A DNA stretch of 64,000 nt, from NCBI GenBank assembly GCA_019752125.1, contig JAIEMM010000002.1:3062-67061 (forward strand). Reading direction: 5' to 3'. Positions 1-9,728 of this stretch are shown one piece after another (positions within the stretch are counted from its first letter, which is position 1; every line of letters starts with the position of its first letter). A program made the position numbers and the translations under genes. The notes beneath the pieces were generated by a model. That model worked only from the letters and a program-made list of their open reading frames with translations. It had not been told where the DNA came from and did not search any database. This stretch comes from Patescibacteria group bacterium. Lineage in GTDB: Bacteria; Patescibacteriota; Minisyncoccia; Phycocordibacterales; SBAW01.

Positions 1-64
1 GATTCCACGTGAGTGGTTGAAACAATCCATGTATCGATGACCGTCTCTATGGGGCGGTCTTTTT

Positions 65-478
65 TTATCCGTAATATTTAAATGCGCGGTAGCCAAAAAG
101 GCAGACAAGGCAAAAAAGTGCACAGAGGAGCAAAATTACAACTGACGCAAATGCAGGATTAGTAATGTGTGCGAATAGCCACCAGCCAGCCACAAACCCA
201 AGTTGGGCACCAACTATGTCAGACAAGGAGTTTGTATAGGCTTCTGTACGTGAAAGACGCGTGATGCGTTCAAGTAATTCCCATCCGATACCAATAGAGA
301 AGGTCATCCAAAACGCAGACCCGTATTCCATAGGCATAAGGTATGTTACATACGCAATAAAGAAGCCCGAGATTACATGTGGCAGCGTCCAGAGGTCAGC
401 GTATCTTCCGCGCCACGTACTGCGACGATATAAAAATGGTCTGTGCATTGTTGTAGTATTATAAGCAGAAATGCGCAC
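65..478 (-). CDS. hypothetical polytopic membrane protein
   Basis: 137-aa ORF with several hydrophobic segments and no recognised motif. The start codon is uncertain. Confidence 0.35.
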   Translation of the reverse strand: MRISAYNTTTMHRPFLYRRSTWRGRYADLWTLPHVISGFFIAYVTYLMPMEYGSAFWMTFSIGIGWELLERITRLSRTEAYTNSLSDIVGAQLGFVAGWWLFAHITNPAFASVVILLLCALFCLVCLFGYRAFKYYG

Positions 479-1463
479 AAGGCGAAAAAGACAGCCAAAA
501 TTACTCTATCTCTTGGCAGGAATTGTTGGTGCTCTTATACTTTTGTTTTTTCTATTCCCAAGCATTGTTGTGTGGGAACAAACAAATCTCGGTATCCAAT
601 CACCCTTTCCTGTAAGCGTTGACCCTATTAAAAAGACCATACGACCGAACCCTTCAGCAGACCTACTATTCGCCGACCCAACATCAGCTGAAGCGGCTGC
701 CCTGAACGCGAAAGAAGTAGTTGCAGCTGTTGCTCGTGTTATTGCCTCCACTCCCCTCTACCAGTTTGCTGCAGTGGAAGCTGGTATACCAAACATTCTC
801 ACGATTAACCCCGGCCTTCGTAAAGAACAAGTTGCCGCACTTATTGGTAAACGCCTTGGATGGGACGCGGAAAAACAAAAACAATTTACACAGCTGCCAC
901 CAGTATCAACTGCCCAATTAGAGGAAGGCACTATTGCTCCAGGCGACTACTCAATCGCCGCAGGAGATTCTATCCTTGCAGTCCAAGAGCAGGTCCAACA
1001 ACGATTTGAAGATGAAGTACTTTCGCGCTACACACCAGCAGTACAAAAAGTTGTACCGCTTGAACAAGGGCTGACTATCGCATCCATTATTGAACGTGAG
1101 ACAAGTGACCCGAAAGAAATGCGTATCATATCGGGTGTTATATGGAACCGTTTGTTTAGTGGAATGAAACTACAGATGGATTCTACGTTGCAATATGCAA
1201 AGGCTACTGGCAAAGGGTCTTGGTGGCCGCAGGTTGTACCGCGCGACAAATACATTAAGTCTCCCTACAACACCTACCAAAACGAAGGACTGCCGCCAGG
1301 ACCAATTTCTGCACCAAGCACTGCCGCTGTACTTGCGGCACTCAACCCTATAAAAACCTCGTGTTTGTACTACTTCCACGATGACGATGGAGAAATCCAC
1401 TGCTCAGACACGTATGAAAAGCACGTTTCCGCGTTGAAGAAGTCTTACGGCCAAGGGCGATAA
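471..1463 (+). CDS. mltG: endolytic murein transglycosylase MltG (YceG family)
   Basis: N-terminal TM anchor, then the YceG-like C-terminal signature SPYNTYQNEGLPPGPISAP. Confidence 0.8.
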   Translation: MRTRRKRQPKLLYLLAGIVGALILLFFLFPSIVVWEQTNLGIQSPFPVSVDPIKKTIRPNPSADLLFADPTSAEAAALNAKEVVAAVARVIASTPLYQFAAVEAGIPNILTINPGLRKEQVAALIGKRLGWDAEKQKQFTQLPPVSTAQLEEGTIAPGDYSIAAGDSILAVQEQVQQRFEDEVLSRYTPAVQKVVPLEQGLTIASIIERETSDPKEMRIISGVIWNRLFSGMKLQMDSTLQYAKATGKGSWWPQVVPRDKYIKSPYNTYQNEGLPPGPISAPSTAAVLAALNPIKTSCLYYFHDDDGEIHCSDTYEKHVSALKKSYGQGR

Positions 1464-1478
1464 TGTATACTTCATAGT

Positions 1479-1697
1479 ATGGAATGGATCGTCATGGTTG
1501 CCACAATCCTGGTCGTCCTTCTTCTCTTTTTGGGGCTTTTCTTTATTTCATCTAGGGCCGTTACTATAGTAGAAGAAACGCGCGAAGAGATTGAGAAAGA
1601 ATCGCCTGAGGAATTAAAAAAGGAAGTGTCAGAAGCTGAAGAAGAAGTCATTAAAGCTGTTAAAGCTGAGGAGGACCAGTTTTATTCGCACGGATAA
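1479..1697 (+). CDS. small membrane protein with acidic C-terminal tail
   Basis: 72-aa ORF with an N-terminal TM segment followed by an E/K-rich tail. No homology recognised. Confidence 0.3.
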   Translation: MEWIVMVATILVVLLLFLGLFFISSRAVTIVEETREEIEKESPEELKKEVSEAEEEVIKAVKAEEDQFYSHG

Positions 1698-1715
1698 AAA
1701 GTAGAAGACCCGACA

Positions 1716-2258
1716 TTATTCATGCCGGGTCCTTTCGAACAGTTTCTTTGCAGCTTTTGCAATCTCTTCGGCGACGCCGAGGAAGTTCTTCATCAGGTCC
1801 CGATGATGGTTAATCGGGAGCACGATGTGTGTAGCCGCCTTGGAGTACGTGGTGCCCCAGGGAATGACTTCGTCGTACCGGCCGCTGGTCGAAAGGACCG
1901 GCGACTTGATCGGCACACACCAGTTGATGAGAGCAAAGATCCCGAAGAGAAAGTGGTGAGGAGCGTTGATGGTAACGACTTCCCGCACCGCACTCTTCTT
2001 GAACCTGCTCGCCGCAGCGAGGGCAATCATAGCGCCCATGCTGTGGCCAACAAAGATCACATCTTCGCCGGTATCATACATGGAGATGATTTCATTCCGG
2101 TAGTTCCACATTTTCCAGATCTGCCAGAAGTCGTACGAGCGACGTTCTGCGCAGAATGTTGCCCCTGGAAATTGTTCCTCGAACGCAGACCCGAAGTGTT
2201 TCCACACCGGGTCCATACCGTTGGAATCCTGGATCCCAACAAACCCGATGATCTTCAT
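1716..2258 (-). CDS. alpha/beta hydrolase (serine esterase/lipase-like)
   Basis: GHSMG nucleophile-elbow motif in a 180-aa ORF. GC is somewhat higher than in neighbouring genes. Confidence 0.55.
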   Translation of the reverse strand: MKIIGFVGIQDSNGMDPVWKHFGSAFEEQFPGATFCAERRSYDFWQIWKMWNYRNEIISMYDTGEDVIFVGHSMGAMIALAAASRFKKSAVREVVTINAPHHFLFGIFALINWCVPIKSPVLSTSGRYDEVIPWGTTYSKAATHIVLPINHHRDLMKNFLGVAEEIAKAAKKLFERTRHE

Positions 2259-2629
2259 GACCTGCTCCTAAGTTGATTGCTGTGAATGAACGTACCCCTG
2301 TATTATACAATACTAAATAGCTTTATGTCAAGTAACCCAAGGTACGAAAAAACGCCCTCCGCCAGCTGGCGGATGGGGCGCTATTTCCGGGATGATTATT
2401 TTGCCTTAGGAAGGATTTTAAACATCTTTGTGCCACAAACCGGGCAGACACCCGACATTGCGCGGCGGTCTCCACCGCCCTTGCCAGCGAATGAAACCTC
2501 CTTAGGGTCATTCATTTCCTGCTTAGCTTTGCACTTCACACAGTATGCGACTTCTGCCATTGAATATTCGTAAACTACTAAAAATCACTTGTGCCCTGTT
2601 CTTCCAGTATACCGTATATATAGAGGTGT

Positions 2630-3652
2630 CTAGCCCCTGTCCACGAAGGCCTGTTTCTGGGCAAATACCTCCGCAGAATGTTTCCATGAATAGGACTCTG
2701 CCTTCCTACGGCAGGCATCGGATGACACTTCAAGACATTTAAGCGCTGCGCTATGCAGGTCTGAACTCAGATAACCATCGCCCCCGTTTGTAATGATGTC
2801 TCGCGGCCCCATAACATCGTATGCAGCAACGGGGATACCGCACGCAAGCGCTTCTACTACTACAAGGCCGAATGTATCGGTTTTAGATGGAAATATCATG
2901 ACGTCCGACAATGAGAGCCACTGGACTAATTCCTCTCCACGCTTATATCCAGCGAAATACGCAACATCTCCGTACTTTGCTTCAAGCTCTCTGCGCATAG
3001 GCCCATCCCCTATGATCAACTTAGTGCCTGGTAAATCCAGATCAAAGAATGCCTGAGGATTTTTTTCTTCCGCCAGACGGCTAAAGTACGTGAACACCGG
3101 TTTTTGCAAATGAGGAAGATGGGTTGGTGTTGAAATTTTTCTGAATCGTTCAAGATCCACTCCAAACGGCCAGAATTCCACATGCTGGAACCCTTCCGCT
3201 TCGAGTGCCGCCTTAAGACTTGGAGTTGAAACAAGTGTTCGAGTAGCTGCTGCATGGAACCATCTGAGCCACGCGGTAATAATTGGAGTTACGAACGTTG
3301 AAATATAGACACCTAAATATAATTGAAGGTGCGTATGATAGGACGTAGTGAAAGGTATCTTTTGAGTAATGCAGTAGCGGCGTGCAGACAATCCTAGTGT
3401 CGCCTCAGTGGCAATATGGATAGCGTCTGGGTTGTATTCATGTAAAAGCCTGCGTAGATGTTTGCCTGGAAATAGTGCCAACGTTATCTCCGGATACAAC
3501 GGTAGCGGCATCTTGTGGCGGAATAGACCAGGATGCACAACGAGCACGTCAAAATTCTGGGCCTTCAGTTGCAAAACAATCTGCTCAAACACTGTCACAA
3601 CTCCGTTTACCTGAGGATGCCACGCGTCAGTTACAATCGCTATTTTTTTCAT
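2630..3652 (-). CDS. glycosyltransferase family 4 (GT-B, group 1)
   Basis: 340 aa; N-terminal MKKIAIVTDAWHPQVNGVV and C-terminal E(x7)E-type GT4 region. Confidence 0.75.
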   Translation of the reverse strand: MKKIAIVTDAWHPQVNGVVTVFEQIVLQLKAQNFDVLVVHPGLFRHKMPLPLYPEITLALFPGKHLRRLLHEYNPDAIHIATEATLGLSARRYCITQKIPFTTSYHTHLQLYLGVYISTFVTPIITAWLRWFHAAATRTLVSTPSLKAALEAEGFQHVEFWPFGVDLERFRKISTPTHLPHLQKPVFTYFSRLAEEKNPQAFFDLDLPGTKLIIGDGPMRRELEAKYGDVAYFAGYKRGEELVQWLSLSDVMIFPSKTDTFGLVVVEALACGIPVAAYDVMGPRDIITNGGDGYLSSDLHSAALKCLEVSSDACRRKAESYSWKHSAEVFAQKQAFVDRG

Positions 3653-4455
3653 ACAGTAGTCTTCACGAATGTACGAAGTATATCAATTATGTTCTGTGGA
3701 GCATTCAAGACCATTATATGGTTTCCCCCTTCTATTGTCTCAAGGCGCGCGCCTGGGATCTTCTCTTTCATCGCAACAGAATTTTCAATGCCGAATATGG
3801 TGTCTTTCGTTCCATGAATAAGAAGCGTCGGAAGTTGCAACTGCGAAAGAGTGTCCGTTGCATCAAGCTCATAAGATTGCCGTATGCAATAAAGATACGT
3901 ACGGAAACCGGTATTACAAATGTCTGTATACGAACGAGAAACATTCCAGTCGCCACTGTCGGGAAAACGCTCGTAGTCTACACGTCCGTGCTGTCTAAGT
4001 GAGAGCGGTAGATATGAGAGAACGGGAATGGGAGTAAGTAGCCAGCGCAGTATTTTTGTTGGTACGTGCCTCCCAACGCTATAGTCTCCACTTATAAGCA
4101 CCGCTCCTTTGAGTGTGTGTTGCCACTGTGCGAGATATGCCAATACAACCAGTGCGCCAAATGAATGTCCGACGAGCACATACGGATACTCTCCTATATG
4201 AGTAAGTAATAGATGAAGATCTTCTACAAAGTGCTTGAGATGATGGTCACTATAGTTTGGATAACGTTTGGAATTACCATGTCCACGCTGGTCATACGTC
4301 ACGATATTGATCTCATCTTTGAGCGCCTCTTCATACGCTTTCCACGCCGACGAGCTCCCTGAAACACCGTGCACAAAGACGAGTGTGGGGCGTCCAGGAA
4401 CAAGGTCATTGGTGCGATATACGATGCCGCGCTCTATAAAATAGTGATCCTTCAT
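3649..4455 (-). CDS. alpha/beta hydrolase fold protein
   Basis: HGxxG oxyanion segment LVFVHGVSGSS and nucleophile elbow GHSFGA. Overlaps the upstream GT4 gene by 4 nt, suggesting an operon. Confidence 0.65.
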   Translation of the reverse strand: MKDHYFIERGIVYRTNDLVPGRPTLVFVHGVSGSSSAWKAYEEALKDEINIVTYDQRGHGNSKRYPNYSDHHLKHFVEDLHLLLTHIGEYPYVLVGHSFGALVVLAYLAQWQHTLKGAVLISGDYSVGRHVPTKILRWLLTPIPVLSYLPLSLRQHGRVDYERFPDSGDWNVSRSYTDICNTGFRTYLYCIRQSYELDATDTLSQLQLPTLLIHGTKDTIFGIENSVAMKEKIPGARLETIEGGNHIMVLNAPQNIIDILRTFVKTTV

Positions 4456-4488
4456 GGGATATATACTCGTCCTGCTATACTAACAAAC

Positions 4489-5052
4489 GTGGCAGGATTA
4501 ATCGCTCTCCTTACAACCTACAAATACGTAATCATCTTCCCCCTTGGAATATTCGAGGGTCCGATTATAGCTGTTATCTGCGGATTTTTGGCCACTCTTG
4601 GAATAGTTGAGTGGTATTTTGCGTATGCCATTCTTGTGCTAGCAGACGCATTGGGCGACTGGTTCTATTATGGGCTTGGCCGCTTCGGCTCAACATATAT
4701 ACATCGTTGGGGCCACTATATAGGCCTCACGTCTGAACGTATACATAAGGCAGGTGCTTATTTTTCAAAGAATCATTTTAAAATGGTTGCCGCATCAAAA
4801 CTTATCCACGCCGGAGGCGTTGCGGGTATTGTTGCGGCAGGAACCACCAAACTTCCCTTCCTAAAATTTGCGGGACAATGTTTATTTATTTCGCTACTCC
4901 AAACCGGTATTCTTTTCTTGCTCGGCGTTTTCTTTGGCCATGCATACGACAAAATTGGCGAATACCTCAACTACTACGCTGCAGGAACTGCGTTTCTAGT
5001 ATTTCTAGGAATTACGTTCTTCGTGTTGCGTTGGCTCAAAAGCCGACCCTAG
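4489..5052 (+). CDS. DedA/SNARE-associated family membrane protein
   Basis: Conserved DedA core YKYVIIFPLGIFEGPIIAV plus multiple TM segments. The tracked ORF starts at 4369 but overlaps the convergent hydrolase gene; a GTG at 4489 is proposed as the start, without certainty. Confidence 0.5.
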   Translation: MAGLIALLTTYKYVIIFPLGIFEGPIIAVICGFLATLGIVEWYFAYAILVLADALGDWFYYGLGRFGSTYIHRWGHYIGLTSERIHKAGAYFSKNHFKMVAASKLIHAGGVAGIVAAGTTKLPFLKFAGQCLFISLLQTGILFLLGVFFGHAYDKIGEYLNYYAAGTAFLVFLGITFFVLRWLKSRP

Positions 5053-6054
5053 CAACCCTTCGTATATCGCTTTCATTTTGAGTGTCTGGGATTCCAGACT
5101 CTGGTCCTGTGCAAGCGCAAGGGCTCCTTGGATAAGTTTGTCTCGCAGTGCGCTGTCTTCAAGTATCCGTTTAAAGTGAAGTTGAAATTCCTCTTCTGTC
5201 TTTGCGATTAAACAATTTTGTTCATGGATAAGCCACCCTTCATACGCTGGCAGGTTGCGGACGAGGATAGGCAGGCCAACAGCGGCTGCTTCAAGGATGG
5301 CGATGCCTTGGTTTTCCTCGCGCGAGGGAAATACGAATATATCGATAGCGTTTAATGCTGCCAACACATCATCAACGAAACCTGTAAAGCGGACGTTGGA
5401 CGTATTGTTTTCTATAGGTGCCACGAGCGCCGGACTAAAGATTTTTCCAAACCAAAAAAACTGCACCTGAGGAAATGCTTTGCCGAGCGCCACTATCGTA
5501 TCTGCGCCCTTGCGCTGTGGCAAAAGCAACGCGACCGTGCCGGCCACAGTGCCCGTCATACCGAACTTCTTGCGGTAGTCTTCGCGGCGTACCGGGTCTT
5601 TATAAAATACCTTGGTATCAATTCCGTTAGTCTGAACCGTAACTTTTTCAGCTGGCACTCCACGTTTGACTATCGTATGTTTTGCATATTCGCTCGGAAC
5701 CAGAACAATGTCGCCCTTACTGTATGCTCTGATGAGATAACGCCACACCAAAGGCTTTAAAAACTGCAAAAATTGAAAGATGCGCACAGATTGAAATAGA
5801 TCTTCTGCAGAAACATGTGCCCAAATAACAACCTTCTTCCCTTCTCGTTTTGCTTTTCGAACCAGCGCCATGCTGGCAGGCCACGGGATATTTACTACGA
5901 GGATATCCCACGTCTCGTCTGGGTTGTCAGTATACGGAATCTGGAGCAAATCAAGAATCTTCTTTTGGTGCTCTATAGCAGCAATAAGGCCTCCGCGGAT
6001 CTTGTCGTCGCCGCCAAATGCCTTATAAAATTTGGCGTTTAAGCATATTTTCAT
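5005..6054 (-). CDS. glycosyltransferase family 4
   Basis: 349 aa; C-terminal EENQGIAILEAAAVGLPIL motif typical of GT4/group 1 enzymes. Confidence 0.75.
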   Translation of the reverse strand: MKICLNAKFYKAFGGDDKIRGGLIAAIEHQKKILDLLQIPYTDNPDETWDILVVNIPWPASMALVRKAKREGKKVVIWAHVSAEDLFQSVRIFQFLQFLKPLVWRYLIRAYSKGDIVLVPSEYAKHTIVKRGVPAEKVTVQTNGIDTKVFYKDPVRREDYRKKFGMTGTVAGTVALLLPQRKGADTIVALGKAFPQVQFFWFGKIFSPALVAPIENNTSNVRFTGFVDDVLAALNAIDIFVFPSREENQGIAILEAAAVGLPILVRNLPAYEGWLIHEQNCLIAKTEEEFQLHFKRILEDSALRDKLIQGALALAQDQSLESQTLKMKAIYEGLLGSAFEPTQHEERNS

Positions 6055-6096
6055 ATTGAAATCCTATCATGGCTGGAAAGCGTTATAGTTACATAT

Positions 6097-6750
6097 ATGG
6101 ACAAAATGCTTATGCAAAAATACCGTACGCTCTGGCAGCAGCCGCCCTTTAGAAACTCTCTTTGCCTTTCCATCCTCGCTGTTATGGCGGGGCTCGTAGT
6201 AAACAATTTTGCGATACGTTTTGCGACGGAAAGAATGAGTAATTCCGTAACGGACATTGTACTTTCAAACACACCCGCGCTCCCAGTAAATAACCTCTTT
6301 ATATACGGCACCTTCCTTGCCATCGCGGTGAGTATTATTGTGGCAGCACACTATCCACGCGAAATTCCTTTTGCACTAAACGCAACTGCCCTCTTTTTTA
6401 TTATCCGCTCTATATTTCTTTCTCTTACCCACTTTGCTCCGTTTACGTCCCATGTCGCTGACGACTTTGGCACAATAATCAATAATGCATTTTTTGGCGG
6501 AGACTTATTTTTCTCCGGCCACACGGGGCTCCCGTTTCTAGGAGCGCTCATGTTATGGCATGTTCCAACATTACGATACTTCTACCTTGGAATGTCGGTA
6601 TTTTTCGGTGCGTTGGTATTACTGGGGCATATTCATTATTCGATAGATGTTGCTTCAGCATTCTTTATTACCTACGGTATCTACCACATCGCTATCTGGC
6701 TGTTCCCAAAGAGCTATTCATGGTTCCGCGCTGAAGAAGCACGGATGTAA
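6097..6750 (+). CDS. PAP2-like (phosphatidic acid phosphatase type 2 superfamily) membrane protein
   Basis: Polytopic membrane protein with an SGH motif (FFSGHTG) and an HxxxD motif (GHIHYSIDV). The KxxxxxxRP motif is unclear. Confidence 0.4.
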   Translation: MDKMLMQKYRTLWQQPPFRNSLCLSILAVMAGLVVNNFAIRFATERMSNSVTDIVLSNTPALPVNNLFIYGTFLAIAVSIIVAAHYPREIPFALNATALFFIIRSIFLSLTHFAPFTSHVADDFGTIINNAFFGGDLFFSGHTGLPFLGALMLWHVPTLRYFYLGMSVFFGALVLLGHIHYSIDVASAFFITYGIYHIAIWLFPKSYSWFRAEEARM

Positions 6751-6752
6751 AC

Positions 6753-7124
6753 GTGTACTATACTGAGTGCATGGAAAAACTGGCTCACTACCATAAGGAA
6801 GAACGTCCGTGGGGCAATTTTGAACAATTTACATCTAATGAACTTTCGACAGTAAAACTTATTACGGTGCAAAGTGGTGAAGCGACAAGCCTGCAGACAC
6901 ACGAGCATCGTAGTGAATATTGGCGTATTGTATCTGGCAGTGGAACAGTGACCATAGGTTCCCAGGAATTGCCTGCAGAGACGGGGGCTGAATTTTATGT
7001 CGAAAAGAATGTGGCTCATCGACTCGCTGGGGGTTCTGGAGGACTGTGTGTTCTTGAAATATCCTTTGGGGTGTTTGATGAACAAGATATTACTCGAATT
7101 GAAGATATATACGGCAGAACATAA
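6753..7124 (+). CDS. cupin domain protein (mannose-6-phosphate isomerase type II C-terminal-like)
   Basis: 123 aa with a cupin_2-like G(x5)HxH(x3-4)E motif (LQTHEHRSEYWRIVSGSG). Confidence 0.5.
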   Translation: MYYTECMEKLAHYHKEERPWGNFEQFTSNELSTVKLITVQSGEATSLQTHEHRSEYWRIVSGSGTVTIGSQELPAETGAEFYVEKNVAHRLAGGSGGLCVLEISFGVFDEQDITRIEDIYGRT

Positions 7125-7129
7125 CAGAC

Positions 7130-7573
7130 ATGAAATATACAGATTTACTTAAAACAGAACGCCCTTGCCCTTTTGATAATCCCAAACAGGAGGACGTTGT
7201 GTCTGAAAATGAAACAGCATACCTTACGTATGCCCTTGCCGCATATCATATTGACCAATTGCTCGTAATACCGAAACGTCATGTTACCCATTTTGACGAT
7301 ATGACAGAGGCTGAACTAGCAGACTGCCATGCGCTCCAAAAACTCGGGTGGCATATACTACGAGAATTAGGCCATAGCGGAGTGAGTTTTCTGCTTCGCG
7401 AAGGAGAGTCGACCGGCAAAAGCATACCGCACCTACATTACAATTTGATGCCTGACACCAAACTCGGCTATATGGCTCCAGGAGCTAAAGAGGAACGCAA
7501 CGTGATGAACGCGGAAGAAGTTGCGGCTACTATGGCACGACTTAGAGACGGTTTGGCCAGACTCCCTCAATAA
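7130..7573 (+). CDS. HIT family nucleotide hydrolase/transferase
   Basis: HIT-like histidine triad variant IPHLHYNLMP at the C-terminus; size and layout of HIT proteins. Confidence 0.55.
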   Translation: MKYTDLLKTERPCPFDNPKQEDVVSENETAYLTYALAAYHIDQLLVIPKRHVTHFDDMTEAELADCHALQKLGWHILRELGHSGVSFLLREGESTGKSIPHLHYNLMPDTKLGYMAPGAKEERNVMNAEEVAATMARLRDGLARLPQ

Positions 7574-7574
7574 C

Positions 7575-8381
7575 ATGATCCCACGGGCAATTGCATTCGA
7601 CCTCGATGGTACGCTTGCTGAAAGTAAGCAGCCAATAACATCTGATATGGCTGAGTTGCTTTTGCAATTGATGAAGCCTGCGCAAGACCGTCCGATCGGT
7701 TCTTCCGAACCGCGGCCCGATCTTGCTGCGGCATCCGCGACAGTTGTGGGAGTTCTGTCAGGCGCTAGCTGGTCGCAGTTTCAATCACAATTCCTTTCCG
7801 CCTTCCCTGCCGGAACTGATTTTTCTAATCTCTATCTTTTCCCTGATAACGCAGCGCAGTGTTTTATATATAGAGACGGGGCCTGGCAGGAATCCTATAC
7901 TTTTGCTTTTTCACCTGCTGAAGTTGCCCAAATTACCGCGATACTCATCAATGAAGTTGAGGAAACGCATTTCCCACAACCTACTGAAACATGGGGAAAA
8001 CAGATAGAGAATCGCGGGGCTCAGATTTCATTCTCCCCACTCGGCCAGAACGCCCCACTTGAGGCAAAAAAGCAGTGGCGTGCAGAACATGATGCAGAAC
8101 GTGCCCATTTACGAGACATGTTAAGTGAAAAATTACCTGACTATTCAGTACGGACAGGCGGAGAAACCACTATAGATATCACCCGCCAAGGTATTACAAA
8201 AGGCTACGGGCTGCAGAAGCTCACAGAACTTACAGGCATTCCAGTGTCAGATATGGTGTATGTGGGAGACGCCTTGCAAGAAGGGGGCAATGATTACGTC
8301 GTCATGGAAACGGGGGTACAAACGCATCAAGTAAGCGGACCTCAAGATACGGCAGTTTTTATACAGCAATTAATTTCATAA
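7575..8381 (+). CDS. phosphomannomutase, eukaryotic-type PMM (HAD-IIB)
   Basis: HAD motif I FDLDGTL and C-terminal GDxxxxGGND motif (YVGDALQEGGNDYV); overall collinear with the PMM family. Carries an in-frame GC-rich palindromic insertion at 7692-7734. Start taken at ATG 7575; the tracked ORF starts at 7521 and would overlap the HIT gene. Confidence 0.6.
   Translation: MIPRAIAFDLDGTLAESKQPITSDMAELLLQLMKPAQDRPIGSSEPRPDLAAASATVVGVLSGASWSQFQSQFLSAFPAGTDFSNLYLFPDNAAQCFIYRDGAWQESYTFAFSPAEVAQITAILINEVEETHFPQPTETWGKQIENRGAQISFSPLGQNAPLEAKKQWRAEHDAERAHLRDMLSEKLPDYSVRTGGETTIDITRQGITKGYGLQKLTELTGIPVSDMVYVGDALQEGGNDYVVMETGVQTHQVSGPQDTAVFIQQLIS
7692..7734. repeat. CCGATCGGTTCT..CGAACCGCGGCC-family 43-nt element (copy 1), in-frame in phosphomannomutase
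   Basis: ccgatcggttcttccgaaccgcggcccgatcttgctgcggcat. Encodes the PAQDRPIGSSEPRPDLAAASA insertion, which the PMM family alignment lacks. Confidence 0.65.
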
Positions 8382-8382
8382 T

Positions 8383-8844
8383 ATGATGACCAGAACACAG
8401 TGGCTTTTGATTACCACTCCTATAGCAATTATCATTATTGGGCTTCTTGTATTGGTACTTTTACCAAATAAGCCTGCGCAGCGACCTTCTAGCCCTACCT
8501 ATGCGACAATCGACAACTTAATTGCTGTAGATGCCCCATTTAAAAACGCTACTGTTTCTTCCCCACTTGTTATCTCTGGCACAGCGCGCGGCACCTGGTA
8601 TTTTGAAGCATCTGCGCCGATAGAACTTCGTGACGCAAACGGAAAAGTAATTGCACAAGGCCACATAGATGCCAATCCGCCAGCTGGCGGAGATTGGATG
8701 ACGGAAGAGTTCGTCCCATTTAAGGCCACACTTACCTTCCCCAAGCAACCAGCGGGCTCAACTGGTACTTTGGTACTCCACAACGACAACCCATCTGGCG
8801 ATCCAGAGCGCCAAAAAGAGCTCGTCGTTCCGGTAAAGTTCTAG
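8383..8844 (+). CDS. Gmad2-like immunoglobulin-fold secreted/anchored protein
   Basis: N-terminal TM/signal, then a Gmad2-type pattern (SSPLVISGTARGTWYFEA ... GGDW ... VVPVKF). Confidence 0.5.
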   Translation: MMTRTQWLLITTPIAIIIIGLLVLVLLPNKPAQRPSSPTYATIDNLIAVDAPFKNATVSSPLVISGTARGTWYFEASAPIELRDANGKVIAQGHIDANPPAGGDWMTEEFVPFKATLTFPKQPAGSTGTLVLHNDNPSGDPERQKELVVPVKF

Positions 8845-8905
8845 AGTAGTGATTTTTTGATTTTCTCTTGTAATTTCTCAGCATTCACGTGCGTAAGCAT
8901 TCCTA

Positions 8906-8936
8906 AGTAGGACTGTAACCCACCATCTGAGCAAGG
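8906..8936. terminator. perfect 13-bp stem hairpin between convergent genes
   Basis: catctgagcaagg-actac-ccttgctcagatg. A second, weaker hairpin follows (agaccctctga ... tcagagggtc, about 8943-9012). Confidence 0.5.
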
Positions 8937-9060
8937 ACTACCCTTGCTCAGATGTGACAAAAGACCCTCTGATTCCTTGCCCGATTTTTAGTCGGACAAA
9001 GTTTCAGAGGGTCAAAGGGTCTCAAGTGCAAAGCCGAAGCTAAGTACCTGAGTGAAAGAA

Positions 9061-9663
9061 TCAGAGAGAGACGACTTGGTTGCCGCCGTCCCACCTGTCC
9101 GGGTGCCCGACAGAGCTGGCCTCGACGTTCCAGCCGCCGTCTTCGACGCTCCAGCAGGCGCTCACGGCCCACAGGATACCGCCGACATCGCGGATGTAGG
9201 CGATGTTGGCGCGGCCGTTGACGAGAAACGCGCCCTGCTCGCCCTTCCCCTGCTTCGACAGCAAGGAGAAGAACTGGCCCAGGGTGATCTCGTGGTTGTC
9301 CCCGAGCTCGGTGATGGTCGGCGCGTCGAGCGACGATTCCAGGAGCTTGTGGACTTTCAACTCGACGGCTTCCGAAACGCCCTCCTCCTTGCGAAGGAAG
9401 TTCTTCTTGAAGTTGTCGCCGAACCAGGCGATCCGAACCGCGGCCTTCTTGGTGTCGACCTTGAAGTGGTTGGCGGCCTTGAAGCTTTCGATCGCAGCGG
9501 CCGAGACGGTCGTCATGAGCTCAAGGAGCTTCTTGGGTTCCGTGGGCTCGATGGGAACGAGCTTGAGCTGGCCGGCGAGGTATTTCTCCACACCAACCAT
9601 ACCGCCCATCTTGTTGACCATCGCCTCGATCTGGCCGAGGTTGAGTTCACCGTATTTCATCAC
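9061..9663 (-). CDS. GC-rich ORFan protein, likely horizontally acquired
   Basis: 200-aa ORF in a patch of about 62% GC against about 48% background. SD ggaagga lies upstream of the ATG. The overlapping plus-strand ORF 9052-9714 has antisense-like composition. Confidence 0.5.
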   Translation of the reverse strand: MMKYGELNLGQIEAMVNKMGGMVGVEKYLAGQLKLVPIEPTEPKKLLELMTTVSAAAIESFKAANHFKVDTKKAAVRIAWFGDNFKKNFLRKEEGVSEAVELKVHKLLESSLDAPTITELGDNHEITLGQFFSLLSKQGKGEQGAFLVNGRANIAYIRDVGGILWAVSACWSVEDGGWNVEASSVGHPDRWDGGNQVVSL

Positions 9664-9728
9664 AGGCTCCTTCCCGGCTGCTTGCCGGTGGACTTCTCGC
9701 TTCCCGCGAGTTGAGGGGCATATGACGG

